Below, piece by piece: positions 1 to 8,126 of a stretch of DNA of 64,000 bases (positions are counted from its first letter, which is position 1; every line of letters begins with the position of its first letter). The stretch comes from Acidimicrobiia bacterium (GTDB taxonomy: Bacteria; Actinomycetota; Acidimicrobiia; Acidimicrobiales; JANYDT01): NCBI GenBank assembly GCA_031423635.1, contig JANPFX010000221.1, forward strand, positions 21,354-85,353, read 5' to 3'. The position numbers and the translations under genes were made by a program. Under the pieces are notes generated by a model. It did not search any database. It was not told the origin of the DNA and was given only the letters and a program-made list of their open reading frames with translations.

Positions 1-574
1 GCACTACGACCTTGTGGTCGCCGATGCGCCCTCCACCGGTCACATCGTCGGCCTCCTTCGCGCCCCCGAGGCGATCAACGAACTCGTTGGCGTTGGACTC
101 ATCCGTTCACAGACACGGTGGATCATCGACATCCTCCACGACGCTGCGACAACCGGCGTGGTGGTCACCACGACGAGCGAGGAACTGCCTGTCAACGAAT
201 GCATCGAATTGCTCGGCCGTCTGCGCAGCGACCTTGCGGTTGCGCCCGAAGCGGTGGTGGTGAACCGGCTCCTCCCGCAATCGATCGTGCCGTCCGATGC
301 TGTGGCGATCGCCCGCCTTGCGGGAAAGGTCGACCCCTCGTCGGAGCCGGCGAAGGCGAAGTTGCTTGATGGGGCCCTCCTTCTGGACGCGCTCTCCTCA
401 GCGCGTGCTCCGCATCTCGACCGCCTGCTCTCGGCATGGAAGGGACCGCTTGCGTTGGTCCCCACGGTGACCCATCGCCCGACGGGTCTGGCGGTCACCC
501 GAGCAGTGGCGCACCATCTCGCTGAGGAACTGTCGACGTCGAGGGAACCTTCCGAACCCCGGGGTCCGCGATGA
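1..574 (+). CDS. ArsA/GET3-family ATPase-like protein, C-terminal part (5' end outside window)
   Basis: Open frame enters from the window edge (codons from nt 2: HYDLVVADAPSTGH, the DxxPTGH switch motif of ArsA-type ATPases). Strong G/C at codon position 3. TGA 572-574 overlaps the next ATG (ATGA). Confidence 0.75.
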   Translation, partial: HYDLVVADAPSTGHIVGLLRAPEAINELVGVGLIRSQTRWIIDILHDAATTGVVVTTTSEELPVNECIELLGRLRSDLAVAPEAVVVNRLLPQSIVPSDAVAIARLAGKVDPSSEPAKAKLLDGALLLDALSSARAPHLDRLLSAWKGPLALVPTVTHRPTGLAVTRAVAHHLAEELSTSREPSEPRGPR

Positions 575-1752
575 GCTCAGACCTCGCCGAGGTTCTCGTC
601 GACGTCGATGTCGTGCTGTGCTGCGGCGCCGGTGGTGTCGGCAAGACCACCACCGCTGCGGCACTCGGTCTGGCCGCTGTTCGTGCCGGACGCGGGCGCG
701 TGCTTGTGCTGACCATCGATCCCGCTCGCCGCTTGGCTGATGCCCTTGGACTCGAGTCGTTCGGCAACGTCGAAACCGCTGTTGGCGTCCCCGACGCTCC
801 GGCAGGCTCCGAGCTGTGGGTGGCCATGCTCGACACGAGCGCCTCGTGGGACGACCTGGTTCGAACCCATGCGCCTGACCCGATCACGATGGAACGGATC
901 CTGTCGAACCAGCTGTACCGCAACATCACGCAACGATTCGTGCAGAGCCACGACTACATAGCCATGGAACGGCTCCACGCCGTGCACCAGTCCGGCCGCT
1001 ATGACCTCATCGTCATCGACACGCCGCCATCACGCAACGCTCTCGATTTCCTCGATGCGCCGAGCAGGATGGCCGACTTCTTCTCGTCGTCGCTGCTGAA
1101 GTGGATCACGCTTCCGTATCGTCTCGGAGGAGAGCGTGTCGGACGACTCGGTTACCTCGCGTCGAAGCCGTTCTACCAAGTTGCCGATCGCATCCTCGGG
1201 TCGCAGTTCCTGGAGGATATCGCCGAGTTCTTCCTGTTGTTCCAGACGATGTACGACGGCTTCGTGCGCCGGGCCACCGACGTCGAGCGTCTCCTTCATC
1301 GTCGCTCGACCGATTTCATCGTCGTGAGCTCGCTCGAGCCGGCGCCCCTCCAGGAGGCCGAGTTCTTCCTGGCCGAGCTGGGTCGGCGGAGCCTGTCGAT
1401 CGGAGCGCTCGTGCTCAACCGCGTGCTCCCGGAGCTGCTCTTCGACCCGGACACCCGACGACTCGCTTCGCGCCTTGTGGATCCATCCGCCGCCGACGAC
1501 CCGAGCGTGCCGGCGGCAGAGCGCCGCATCATGAGACGCGCCGCAACGGCCTACCTCGACCTTGCGGCCCTGGGCGATGCCGAGCGGACGGCGCGGTCGA
1601 CGCTGGCGAATCCGCCAAGGTGCGTGGTCGAGGTGCCGCTGGTCCCCTTGGATCTCCAAGACCTGGGCGGGCTCGTGGCCCTGGCCGATCTGTTGTGGCC
1701 GGTCAGGAAGGCGGCGAGGCGGCCGGGCCGGTCGAAGAAGGCGCCGTCATGA
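571..1752 (+). CDS. ArsA-family P-loop ATPase-like protein
   Basis: 393 aa. Deviant Walker A CCGAGGVGKTTTAAALG, TIDPARRLADALG and VIDTPPSRNALDFL motifs typical of anion-transporting ATPase family. ATGA overlaps at both ends. Confidence 0.8.
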   Translation: MSSDLAEVLVDVDVVLCCGAGGVGKTTTAAALGLAAVRAGRGRVLVLTIDPARRLADALGLESFGNVETAVGVPDAPAGSELWVAMLDTSASWDDLVRTHAPDPITMERILSNQLYRNITQRFVQSHDYIAMERLHAVHQSGRYDLIVIDTPPSRNALDFLDAPSRMADFFSSSLLKWITLPYRLGGERVGRLGYLASKPFYQVADRILGSQFLEDIAEFFLLFQTMYDGFVRRATDVERLLHRRSTDFIVVSSLEPAPLQEAEFFLAELGRRSLSIGALVLNRVLPELLFDPDTRRLASRLVDPSAADDPSVPAAERRIMRRAATAYLDLAALGDAERTARSTLANPPRCVVEVPLVPLDLQDLGGLVALADLLWPVRKAARRPGRSKKAPS

Positions 1753-3284
1753 CTTCCACCCCGCGCGGCGTGCTCGATCGGCAGCACCTGGCGTTGCTCA
1801 CTGCATCATGGGGGCTGGTCGCCGACTTCTGCTTCGGGGATCTTCTTCTCCTCGTTCCGGAAGAAGCACCCTCCGCGCTGACGGATTCCGGCGTGTCGTC
1901 GGATGCGCCACCCGCCTTTCGGGTCATCGGGCAGATTCGTCCCACCACCAGCCAGACCCTCTATCAGGGCGATCTCGTCGGCCGCGTTGTTCCGGTGTCC
2001 GAGCGGCCGCAGTTCGGCGACGCCTGGCGCACGGGCGTCACGACGGACGGTCAGGTCTTCTCGCTCGAGGGGTCGACCGGCGCACGAATCGACGTGGTCC
2101 CCGTCCGGCGTCGGGTCGAGGGGTCGCTTCGGACGATCGCCCTGCTCTCTCGGGAGGTTCCGCTCGAAGCGGCGCGTCGTCTCGGTCGCTTGGAGCGGGT
2201 CTACCTCGAGATCTTCTCGCGCCTGTCCGAGATGATCGCGAACGGGTCGTTTCCCTTTCCCGATGACGACAACGATCCGGGAGATGCGCCGCGGGTCGGC
2301 GACGGCGTGATCGTGCTCGATGCCGACCAGCTGATCTCGTACGCCTCGCCGAACGCAGTGTCGGCACTGCATCGGCTCGGCCACTCCGTCAATCTCGAAG
2401 GCCGCCGGCTGCGTGACCTGGTCAGCAGCGCGCACGCCGAGTCGGCGATGCGGTTGCGCCGCCCGGTGATCTCCGAGGTGGCCGAGATCGATCGAGCGCG
2501 CGAGCAGCGGGTGATCGTGCTCTTCCGGACGATCCCGCTGCTGGTGCTGGCCGAAGGACAGAGCGAAGCAGTAGGGGCAGTGGTGCTCGTCCGTGACGTC
2601 TCCGACCTCCGGCGGCGCGACCAGCTGCTGGCGACCAAAGATGCGTCGATACGTGAAGTGCACCATCGCGTGAAGAACAACTTGCAGACGATCTCCTCGC
2701 TGCTCCGTCTCCAAGGTCGTCGGCTGGAGTCCCCCGAGGCGAAGCTGGCGATCGAGGAATCGGTTCGCCGGATACGTTCGATTGCGCTCGTCCACGAGAC
2801 GCTGTCGCGCGACGTCCGCGACGCGGTTCCGTTCGACGACATCGTCCGACCGCTTGTACGGATGGTCGAAGAGGGCCTTGCGTCCCCTGAGCGTCCGTTG
2901 CGGTTCGTGCTCGACGGAACGATCGGCGACCTCCCCCCGGAGACTGCAACTCCCCTTGCCGTCGTGCTGACGGAGCTGCTGCAAAACGCCGTGGAACACG
3001 CCTATCCGGCGCCGACGGTGCCGACCTCGCCCAATGCCATCGTCAAGCCCGGCGAGATCCGTATCCGCTTGTCCAACGATGCCGCCGGGCTCGATGTCGA
3101 AGTCCGAGATGACGGTGTCGGCCTTCCGGATGGCTTCTCCCTGGCGGCGTCGTCGAGCCTCGGGCTGTCGATCGTCCGCACTCTCGTCACCACCGAGCTC
3201 GGCGGAGTCATCTCGTTCCGGAACGATCACGGCACGGTGGTGTCGCTCCGCATTCCGCGCGTTGCCGATCCACGCGTGAGGTAA
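1749..3284 (+). CDS. pdtaS: Soluble GAF/PAS sensor histidine kinase, PdtaS-type
   Basis: Internal ATG 1749 of ORF 1101-3284 chosen because the upstream part overlaps the ArsA-like gene out of frame. 511 aa with no TM segment. H-box HHRVKNNLQTISSLLRLQ (HisKA_2 type) and ATPase motifs LTELLQNAVEHA, DDGVGLP, GLGLSIV. Confidence 0.72.
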   Translation: MTSTPRGVLDRQHLALLTASWGLVADFCFGDLLLLVPEEAPSALTDSGVSSDAPPAFRVIGQIRPTTSQTLYQGDLVGRVVPVSERPQFGDAWRTGVTTDGQVFSLEGSTGARIDVVPVRRRVEGSLRTIALLSREVPLEAARRLGRLERVYLEIFSRLSEMIANGSFPFPDDDNDPGDAPRVGDGVIVLDADQLISYASPNAVSALHRLGHSVNLEGRRLRDLVSSAHAESAMRLRRPVISEVAEIDRAREQRVIVLFRTIPLLVLAEGQSEAVGAVVLVRDVSDLRRRDQLLATKDASIREVHHRVKNNLQTISSLLRLQGRRLESPEAKLAIEESVRRIRSIALVHETLSRDVRDAVPFDDIVRPLVRMVEEGLASPERPLRFVLDGTIGDLPPETATPLAVVLTELLQNAVEHAYPAPTVPTSPNAIVKPGEIRIRLSNDAAGLDVEVRDDGVGLPDGFSLAASSSLGLSIVRTLVTTELGGVISFRNDHGTVVSLRIPRVADPRVR

Positions 3285-3305
3285 CGACGCGTGAGGTAGC
3301 GACGC
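3273..3305. repeat. 15-bp tandem duplication (2.2 copies) spanning the pdtaS stop codon
   Basis: CGCGTGAGGTAACGA (3273-3287) / CGCGTGAGGTAGCGA (3288-3302) / CGC. One mismatch. Both copies carry an in-frame stop (TAA 3282-3284, TAG 3297-3299). Confidence 0.9.
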
Positions 3306-3326
3306 CTCCGGGTCGACCCCGGTGGA

Positions 3327-3704
3327 TCACGACCCTCCCGCTCGTTCGCTCTTCGACCGTGAGACCTTTCGAGCGGTGCTCCGCGCCGCGAGCATCGGGG
3401 GCGAGCTGATCGTGATCATGCGAAGCGTCTTCTTCGACATGTTGTGGATGGCGAATCCGGCACCTGCGGGGATCAACGCGAGAGAATTCTTCGCGAGGGC
3501 ATGTTCGTGTTCATCCATGGTGAGCACGGCCCCGCCCTTGATGACGACGAGGACCAGGTCCGATCGGGCCGGCTCTTCGGCGAACTCCTCGAACGGTCCG
3601 ACGATCATCACCCCGATCTGCGTCTGGTCGGTGCTGTGGAGCACTTCTCGAAAGTGCTCCTTCGCCTCGGCCAGACGCCGTGCGTCGAACACGAACTCGC
3701 GCAT
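3327..3704 (-). CDS. Cupin-like small protein
   Basis: 125 aa. Beta-rich core VLVVIKGGAVLTMDEHEHALAKNSLALIPAGAGFAIHN resembles a cupin_2 barrel (by eye only). Starts 3 nt after the stop of the upstream gene. Confidence 0.5.
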   Translation of the reverse strand: MREFVFDARRLAEAKEHFREVLHSTDQTQIGVMIVGPFEEFAEEPARSDLVLVVIKGGAVLTMDEHEHALAKNSLALIPAGAGFAIHNMSKKTLRMITISSPPMLAARSTARKVSRSKSERAGGS

Positions 3705-3707
3705 GAC

Positions 3708-4184
3708 CTAACGCTTCGCGCTCTTCTTTGCCGGTGCGACCTTCTTTGCCGATGCAGCCTTGGCGGCAGCGGCCTTCTTCGCCGGAGTTGCCGTCTTCGC
3801 GGGAGCCGCGTTCTTCGCCGCGACCGGTTTCTTGGCGACGGACGTGGTCTTGGCTGTGGCCATGGTCTTCGTCGCGGCCTTCTTCGGAGAGGCCCGCTTC
3901 ACCATCGAGCCGGGGTGCTTGAGCCCTTCGCGCAGCGTCGTGGCGATCGCCTGCGCCACTCCGTCGGCAACGCTCTTCACGTCATCTCGGATCGCCGGGT
4001 CGGTCACAACACCACGAAGTGCCGCGAAGGCTTCCTCGATCGCCTCCCGGATGCCGTCCAGCGCGTCGTTGACGGTCGAGCCTTCGGTGCCGACCGCCTG
4101 TTCGGCGTGATACTTCAGTTTCAATCCGAGGCTGCCGAGACGATCGCCAACTTCGTTCCAACCAGGGTCAGTGTTTGTGTTCAT
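3708..4184 (-). CDS. Hypothetical protein with histone-H1/HupB-like Lys/Ala-rich C-terminal tail (possible nucleoid-associated protein)
   Basis: ATG at 4184 (MNTNTDPGWNEV...) chosen inside ORF 3708-4490 because the upstream part overlaps the EthD gene. ~90-aa helical N-domain followed by ~65 aa of AKKA/PAKK-type repeats (KKAATKTMATAKTTSVAKKPVAAKNAAPAKTATPAKKAAAAKAASAKKVAPAKKSAKR). Confidence 0.65.
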   Translation of the reverse strand: MNTNTDPGWNEVGDRLGSLGLKLKYHAEQAVGTEGSTVNDALDGIREAIEEAFAALRGVVTDPAIRDDVKSVADGVAQAIATTLREGLKHPGSMVKRASPKKAATKTMATAKTTSVAKKPVAAKNAAPAKTATPAKKAAAAKAASAKKVAPAKKSAKR

Positions 4185-4252
4185 GGCTTCGACAATGGCA
4201 GCCGCACCGTGCGCGCCGTAGGGCCGTTCGGGCCCATCGTTGTCGGCAAAAG

Positions 4253-4558
4253 TCAGATGACGACTGCGTGCTCGCTGACGAACAGGCGTGTGCGGCTGCG
4301 CACGTGGGCCATCGAGTCTGCGGCGACTGCTCTTCCGAGGTCGGTCGCGTACGCTGCGTCGAAGTCTTCCCGACTGTCGAACCACAGTTCGGAGACACCG
4401 TCGAACTCCGTCGCGTCGTCGACGAGGTTGAAGGTGATGCGACGCACACGGGGGAGCTGAGCGGCAAGGGGTGCATGCTCGTCGAGCCACCAGCGGCGAA
4501 AGTCTTCCGCGGTCATGTCGTCGCGACGCGACAGCAGGATGACGGCTTTGAAGCTCAT
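4253..4558 (-). CDS. EthD-domain protein
   Basis: 101 aa. MSFKAVILLSRRDDMTAEDFRRWWLDEHAPLA is the typical EthD-family N-terminus. ATGA overlap with upstream gene. Confidence 0.75.
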   Translation of the reverse strand: MSFKAVILLSRRDDMTAEDFRRWWLDEHAPLAAQLPRVRRITFNLVDDATEFDGVSELWFDSREDFDAAYATDLGRAVAADSMAHVRSRTRLFVSEHAVVI

Positions 4559-5106
4559 GATGCCTTCACGATGCGGTGAAGGGGACGTCCACCGACGGCG
4601 AGGGCGAGGAGCGCGACGATTTCCCCCGGACGTGGAGCGTCGTCGACGGAGAAGGCGATGGCGTCCATCTCGTCGAATGACCAGATCTCGTTGCAGTTGG
4701 TGATCGGCGCCACGATCCGCGTGCCCGGACCGCCGAGGAGCTTGGTCGACGGAATGATGGCCGGGCCCTTGCCGAGGCGTGCGCGAACCGGTCCCCCGAA
4801 TCGAGGATGGATGAGGGCTGCGGCGTGTTCGATCTCACCGTCGACCCCGACGATCGCCGCCTTGCCGTAGGCGCTGACCTCGTTGACCTCACAACCGAGC
4901 GCAGCCAGGGCCTCGTCGACCAACAGTGCGCCGAGTTCGGCACCGAGGTCGACCAGTGGTGTGAGGTCATCGACGAATTGCCCGGCATAGGGGTTGGTCA
5001 TCACCACCCCCGTTGCGACCTTGCGCCGCAGGCCGTTCACCGGACGGCCCATCTCCACGCGTGTCGTTTCCACGACCGACACGATCTTCCTGATGCTCAG
5101 ACTCAT
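4555..5106 (-). CDS. 'Amino acid synthesis' family protein (DUF1185/PF06684-like)
   Basis: ATG 5106 (MSLSIRKIVSVVETTRVEMGRPVNGLRRKVATGVVMTNPYAGQFVDDLTPL...) matches my memory of this family's conserved N-terminal pattern. 183 aa. Confidence 0.7.
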   Translation of the reverse strand: MSLSIRKIVSVVETTRVEMGRPVNGLRRKVATGVVMTNPYAGQFVDDLTPLVDLGAELGALLVDEALAALGCEVNEVSAYGKAAIVGVDGEIEHAAALIHPRFGGPVRARLGKGPAIIPSTKLLGGPGTRIVAPITNCNEIWSFDEMDAIAFSVDDAPRPGEIVALLALAVGGRPLHRIVKAS

Positions 5107-5128
5107 GGACAAGACGGTATCGGTCCTT

Positions 5129-6007
5129 TCAGCGGGTGAGGCCGCGTTCCACCCACGCGCCGCGATTGCGTTCGTCGATGACACCCAACTCCTCGAGGAA
5201 GCTGACGAGCTTCGAGAGATCACCGATGATCCGCGCTTGATGGCCCGGGTTGCTCCGAGCCGCCTCGGCCCCGCCGTCGATGTCGAGTGTTCGGTAGACG
5301 TCGGGGTTCACCATGAGCTCGGCGACGAACCCGACGGCGGCCGGGGCGAGAGCCGCTGCGTCGGCCCGCTCGTCGTCCGGCAGGGTGGGCCAGACCTCGA
5401 GGAGGAACGTCTTGGCGAAGCTGAGGTGCCGAGCCTCTTCGAGGACGTGAATCTTCGCGATCTGACGCGAAACAGGATGGAGTGTGTCGTTGCGCATCGT
5501 CGCCCGATTGCACATGTCGAGCAGTTCCTCGACGGCGAGAATGAGCAGGTACCCCATCGCCCGCCCGCCGGGAAGACGATCGACGTCGCCGAGCTCTGCG
5601 CCGCCCGTCGGAGCGTACGTGGGAGTGCCGGCGCGACGGATGTACTCCCCGAACATCGTGGAGTGGCGGCACTCGTCGGCGATCTCGACGAGGAGGTAGC
5701 GGTGCGAGGGGTCGGTCACCGGGAGCTCGGCGAGATGGCGGAGCACGATCTGCATCAACTTGTTCTCGAACCAGATGCCGGCAGCGCTGAGGGATGCGCA
5801 CTCATGGCGGCTGTATGTCCGTCTCTCGGTGTCGTTCATGGCTTCCCATTGCGGCGTTCCGAACAGCGGAAGCTTCTCGGGCGGTAGGTGGAACATCGAG
5901 TCGTCGCAGACCCCGATGCTCCAATCGACATCGCGGAACGGGTCCAGGGTGAGTCGTTCGGAGGCCACTGTCAGTTGGGCGGCCTTTGTTGCAGCGGATA
6001 CTGTCAT
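5129..6007 (-). CDS. Diiron oxygenase (AurF/p-aminobenzoate N-oxygenase-like family)
   Basis: 292 aa. Two E-x2-H ligand motifs (EIADECRH, LEEARH) in a helical protein. First gene of a minus-strand operon, apparently leaderless. Confidence 0.7.
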   Translation of the reverse strand: MTVSAATKAAQLTVASERLTLDPFRDVDWSIGVCDDSMFHLPPEKLPLFGTPQWEAMNDTERRTYSRHECASLSAAGIWFENKLMQIVLRHLAELPVTDPSHRYLLVEIADECRHSTMFGEYIRRAGTPTYAPTGGAELGDVDRLPGGRAMGYLLILAVEELLDMCNRATMRNDTLHPVSRQIAKIHVLEEARHLSFAKTFLLEVWPTLPDDERADAAALAPAAVGFVAELMVNPDVYRTLDIDGGAEAARSNPGHQARIIGDLSKLVSFLEELGVIDERNRGAWVERGLTR

Positions 6008-6069
6008 GCCCGAAACCTAACACTGACAGTAAACACTGTCAATATATTACGCCAGTGAACACTGTCACT
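6005..6069. promoter_or_regulatory. Divergent promoter/operator: leaderless sigma-70-type promoter for the oxygenase operon overlapped by three AACACTG(T/A)CA repeats
   Basis: Minus strand reads TTGACA (6042-6037) - 17 nt - TAGGTT (6019-6014) - 6 nt - ATG (6007-6005). Repeats at 6019-6028, 6032-6041, 6058-6067. Inverted repeat TGACAGT-AAAC-ACTGTCA at 6024-6041. Confidence 0.6.
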
Positions 6070-6097
6070 ATCGGGGTCAGCATGCGATGATGGTGGG

Positions 6098-6835
6098 ATG
6101 CCCCCCGATGGTCATGATCCGGTGCCCGAAGAGCTGAGCCTTGACGAGCTGGCCGATCGATCAGGCGTCAGCACCCGAACGATCCGCTACTACCAGTCCG
6201 AGGGCATTCTCCCCAGCCCGCGCAAAGTGGGCCGTGACGCCCGCTACGCGGTCGCGCATCTCGAACGTCTCGAACAGATCTCCGAGCTCCAGTCCCGCGG
6301 ACTCAAGATCGAGGCGATCAAACAGCTGCTGGGACGGAATCGGGACCATCGGTCCGTCATCGAGTGGTTGGGGGTCGACGACGTGCTCCGGGCCAGGTGG
6401 GCCGACGATGACGCCGCAGCCATGACACGTGCCGAGGTCCACGGTCTCCTCGGTCATCATCCCCATCGCATCGTCGGGGAGATCGTCGATGCCGGGCTGC
6501 TCGATCGCCGTGAGGACGGAACGTTCGTGGCTCCCAGCCGAGCCCTGCTCGACCTCTCGCTTCGCATGCTCGATGCCGGTGTGAGCATCGATGTCGGGGC
6601 GAAGGCTGCGGCACTTCTCCGACGCCGACTGGCGCGAGCGGCCGACGAACTCGTCGAGCTGTTCGCGTCCGAGACGGGGCGGTCCTTTGCCGGGCGGGGT
6701 CGACCCGACGAACTTGCCGCCGCCATCGATGCGATTCGTCCGATTGCCCTCGACGGAGCCAGGCTCATCCTTGCCCAGGAGTTCGAGCGGTCACTTCGCG
6801 TCCTGGCAGCAAAGCCACAGTGGGCCAGGCGCTGA
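6098..6835 (+). CDS. MerR-family transcriptional regulator
   Basis: 245 aa. N-terminal HTH LSLDELADRSGVSTRTIRYYQSEGILPSP...RYAVAHLERLEQI is a classic MerR signature. Divergent from the oxygenase operon. Confidence 0.85.
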   Translation: MPPDGHDPVPEELSLDELADRSGVSTRTIRYYQSEGILPSPRKVGRDARYAVAHLERLEQISELQSRGLKIEAIKQLLGRNRDHRSVIEWLGVDDVLRARWADDDAAAMTRAEVHGLLGHHPHRIVGEIVDAGLLDRREDGTFVAPSRALLDLSLRMLDAGVSIDVGAKAAALLRRRLARAADELVELFASETGRSFAGRGRPDELAAAIDAIRPIALDGARLILAQEFERSLRVLAAKPQWARR

Positions 6836-6861
6836 CAGGCACGACAGCGTAGGGTGCGGTC

Positions 6862-8103
6862 GTGAGCCCCGTCGCCAGCACCGCGGAACCCGCAGGCGTG
6901 TCCGCCGGTGAGCAACTCGACGGCGGTCGTGCATGGCTCGACATGGCGCTCGCCGCATTGTCGATGTTCACGGTCTTCGCCACGGCGTATTCGTTCGGCA
7001 CCTTCGTCCGGCCGATGGCGGAGGAGTTCGATGCCGGACGCGGCGCGACTGCCCTCGTCTTCGCGATCACCGCGTTCGCGTACTTCTCACTGGGCGCGGT
7101 GACAGGGCCGCTCGTGCATCGAGTCGGTCCACGCCGGATGGTTGCGTTCGGCGCGACCGTCCAGGTGATCGGGATGGTGATCACCACCCGCGTGCACGCG
7201 CTGTGGCAGGCATATCTGTCCTATGGCGTCGGCGTCGGCGTCGGCGTGGCGTGTTGCTACGTCCCGTTGGTTGCTGTGGTGGGCGGTTGGTTCAACCGCC
7301 GTCGTCCGGTGGCTCTCGGGATCGCGGTTTCCGGAATCGGCCTGTCGAGCCTGTTCGGTGCGCCCATCGCCGCACGCCTGATCAAGGCCCACGGATGGCG
7401 TGATGCCTATCTCGTGTTTGCGATCGCCACCGGGATCCTTCTGGCGATCGTCGCAATCTTCGTACGGACGCCGCCCTCGTTCGGCGTGGCCCCGCCCATT
7501 CGGCTCAGCGCCGCGCTACGTACACGTACCTTTGTTCTCTGCTACCTCGCGCTCGTGCTTGCATCGATCACGCTGTTCAACGTCTTCGTCAACCTGGTCC
7601 CGTATGCCGAGGACCATGGAATCGCGAAGGTGCGCGCTGCCACGCTCCTCAGCCTCCTCGGCGGAGCGTCGGTCGTGGGTCGCAATGCTCTGGCGTTGCT
7701 TGCCCGACGAGTCGGTACCTTGGCGACCTACGGCCTCTCGATCCTCACGATGGGTGCCACGCAACTTGTCTGGCTCGGCGCCGAATCGAGCTACAGCGCG
7801 TTAGCTGTGTTCGCTGTCCTCTTCGGCGTCGCGTACGGTGGCCTCATCGCGCTCGGTCCGATTCTCCTGGCCGAATTGTTCGGCCCCGAACAATTGGGCG
7901 GCCTGGCCGGTGTCAACTACACCGCGGCCGGGGTCGGCGCGCTCTTCGGCCCGACGGTCGGCGCCTGGCTCGTGGATCGCACGGGCAGCTACACGCTTGG
8001 GACGTCGCTCGGCTTCGTGTTCGGACTGGGCGGTGCCGGCCTCCTGTTCGCCGTGTGGCGTGGCACCCGGGCCGATGCCGCGGCGTCGTCCCGACCCCGG
8101 TAG
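6862..8103 (+). CDS. MFS transporter (oxalate/formate antiporter-like subfamily by eye)
   Basis: 413 aa. About 12 hydrophobic segments, GTG start, follows the MerR gene by 26 nt. Confidence 0.75.
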   Translation: MSPVASTAEPAGVSAGEQLDGGRAWLDMALAALSMFTVFATAYSFGTFVRPMAEEFDAGRGATALVFAITAFAYFSLGAVTGPLVHRVGPRRMVAFGATVQVIGMVITTRVHALWQAYLSYGVGVGVGVACCYVPLVAVVGGWFNRRRPVALGIAVSGIGLSSLFGAPIAARLIKAHGWRDAYLVFAIATGILLAIVAIFVRTPPSFGVAPPIRLSAALRTRTFVLCYLALVLASITLFNVFVNLVPYAEDHGIAKVRAATLLSLLGGASVVGRNALALLARRVGTLATYGLSILTMGATQLVWLGAESSYSALAVFAVLFGVAYGGLIALGPILLAELFGPEQLGGLAGVNYTAAGVGALFGPTVGAWLVDRTGSYTLGTSLGFVFGLGGAGLLFAVWRGTRADAAASSRPR

Positions 8104-8126
8104 TGGCCGAAAACGGCCCGACCCGT

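Noticed and set aside
1101-1748. N-terminal 216 codons of the 727-aa ORF 1101-3284
   Set aside because: It overlaps the well-supported ArsA-like gene in another frame and is Arg/Pro/Gly-rich junk typical of GC-rich off-frames. The kinase homology begins at ATG 1749, which overlaps the ArsA stop.
1806-3230. 474-aa antisense ORF opposite the histidine kinase
   Set aside because: It is a shadow ORF of a high-GC coding region, with no recognisable motifs and low-complexity R/D/G/P composition.
3273-3305. Possible CRISPR array, considered for this tandem repeat and for those at 35817-35848 and 60958-60994
   Set aside because: Each has only 2-2.5 directly abutting copies of 15 bp. There are no unique spacers and no cas genes in the window.
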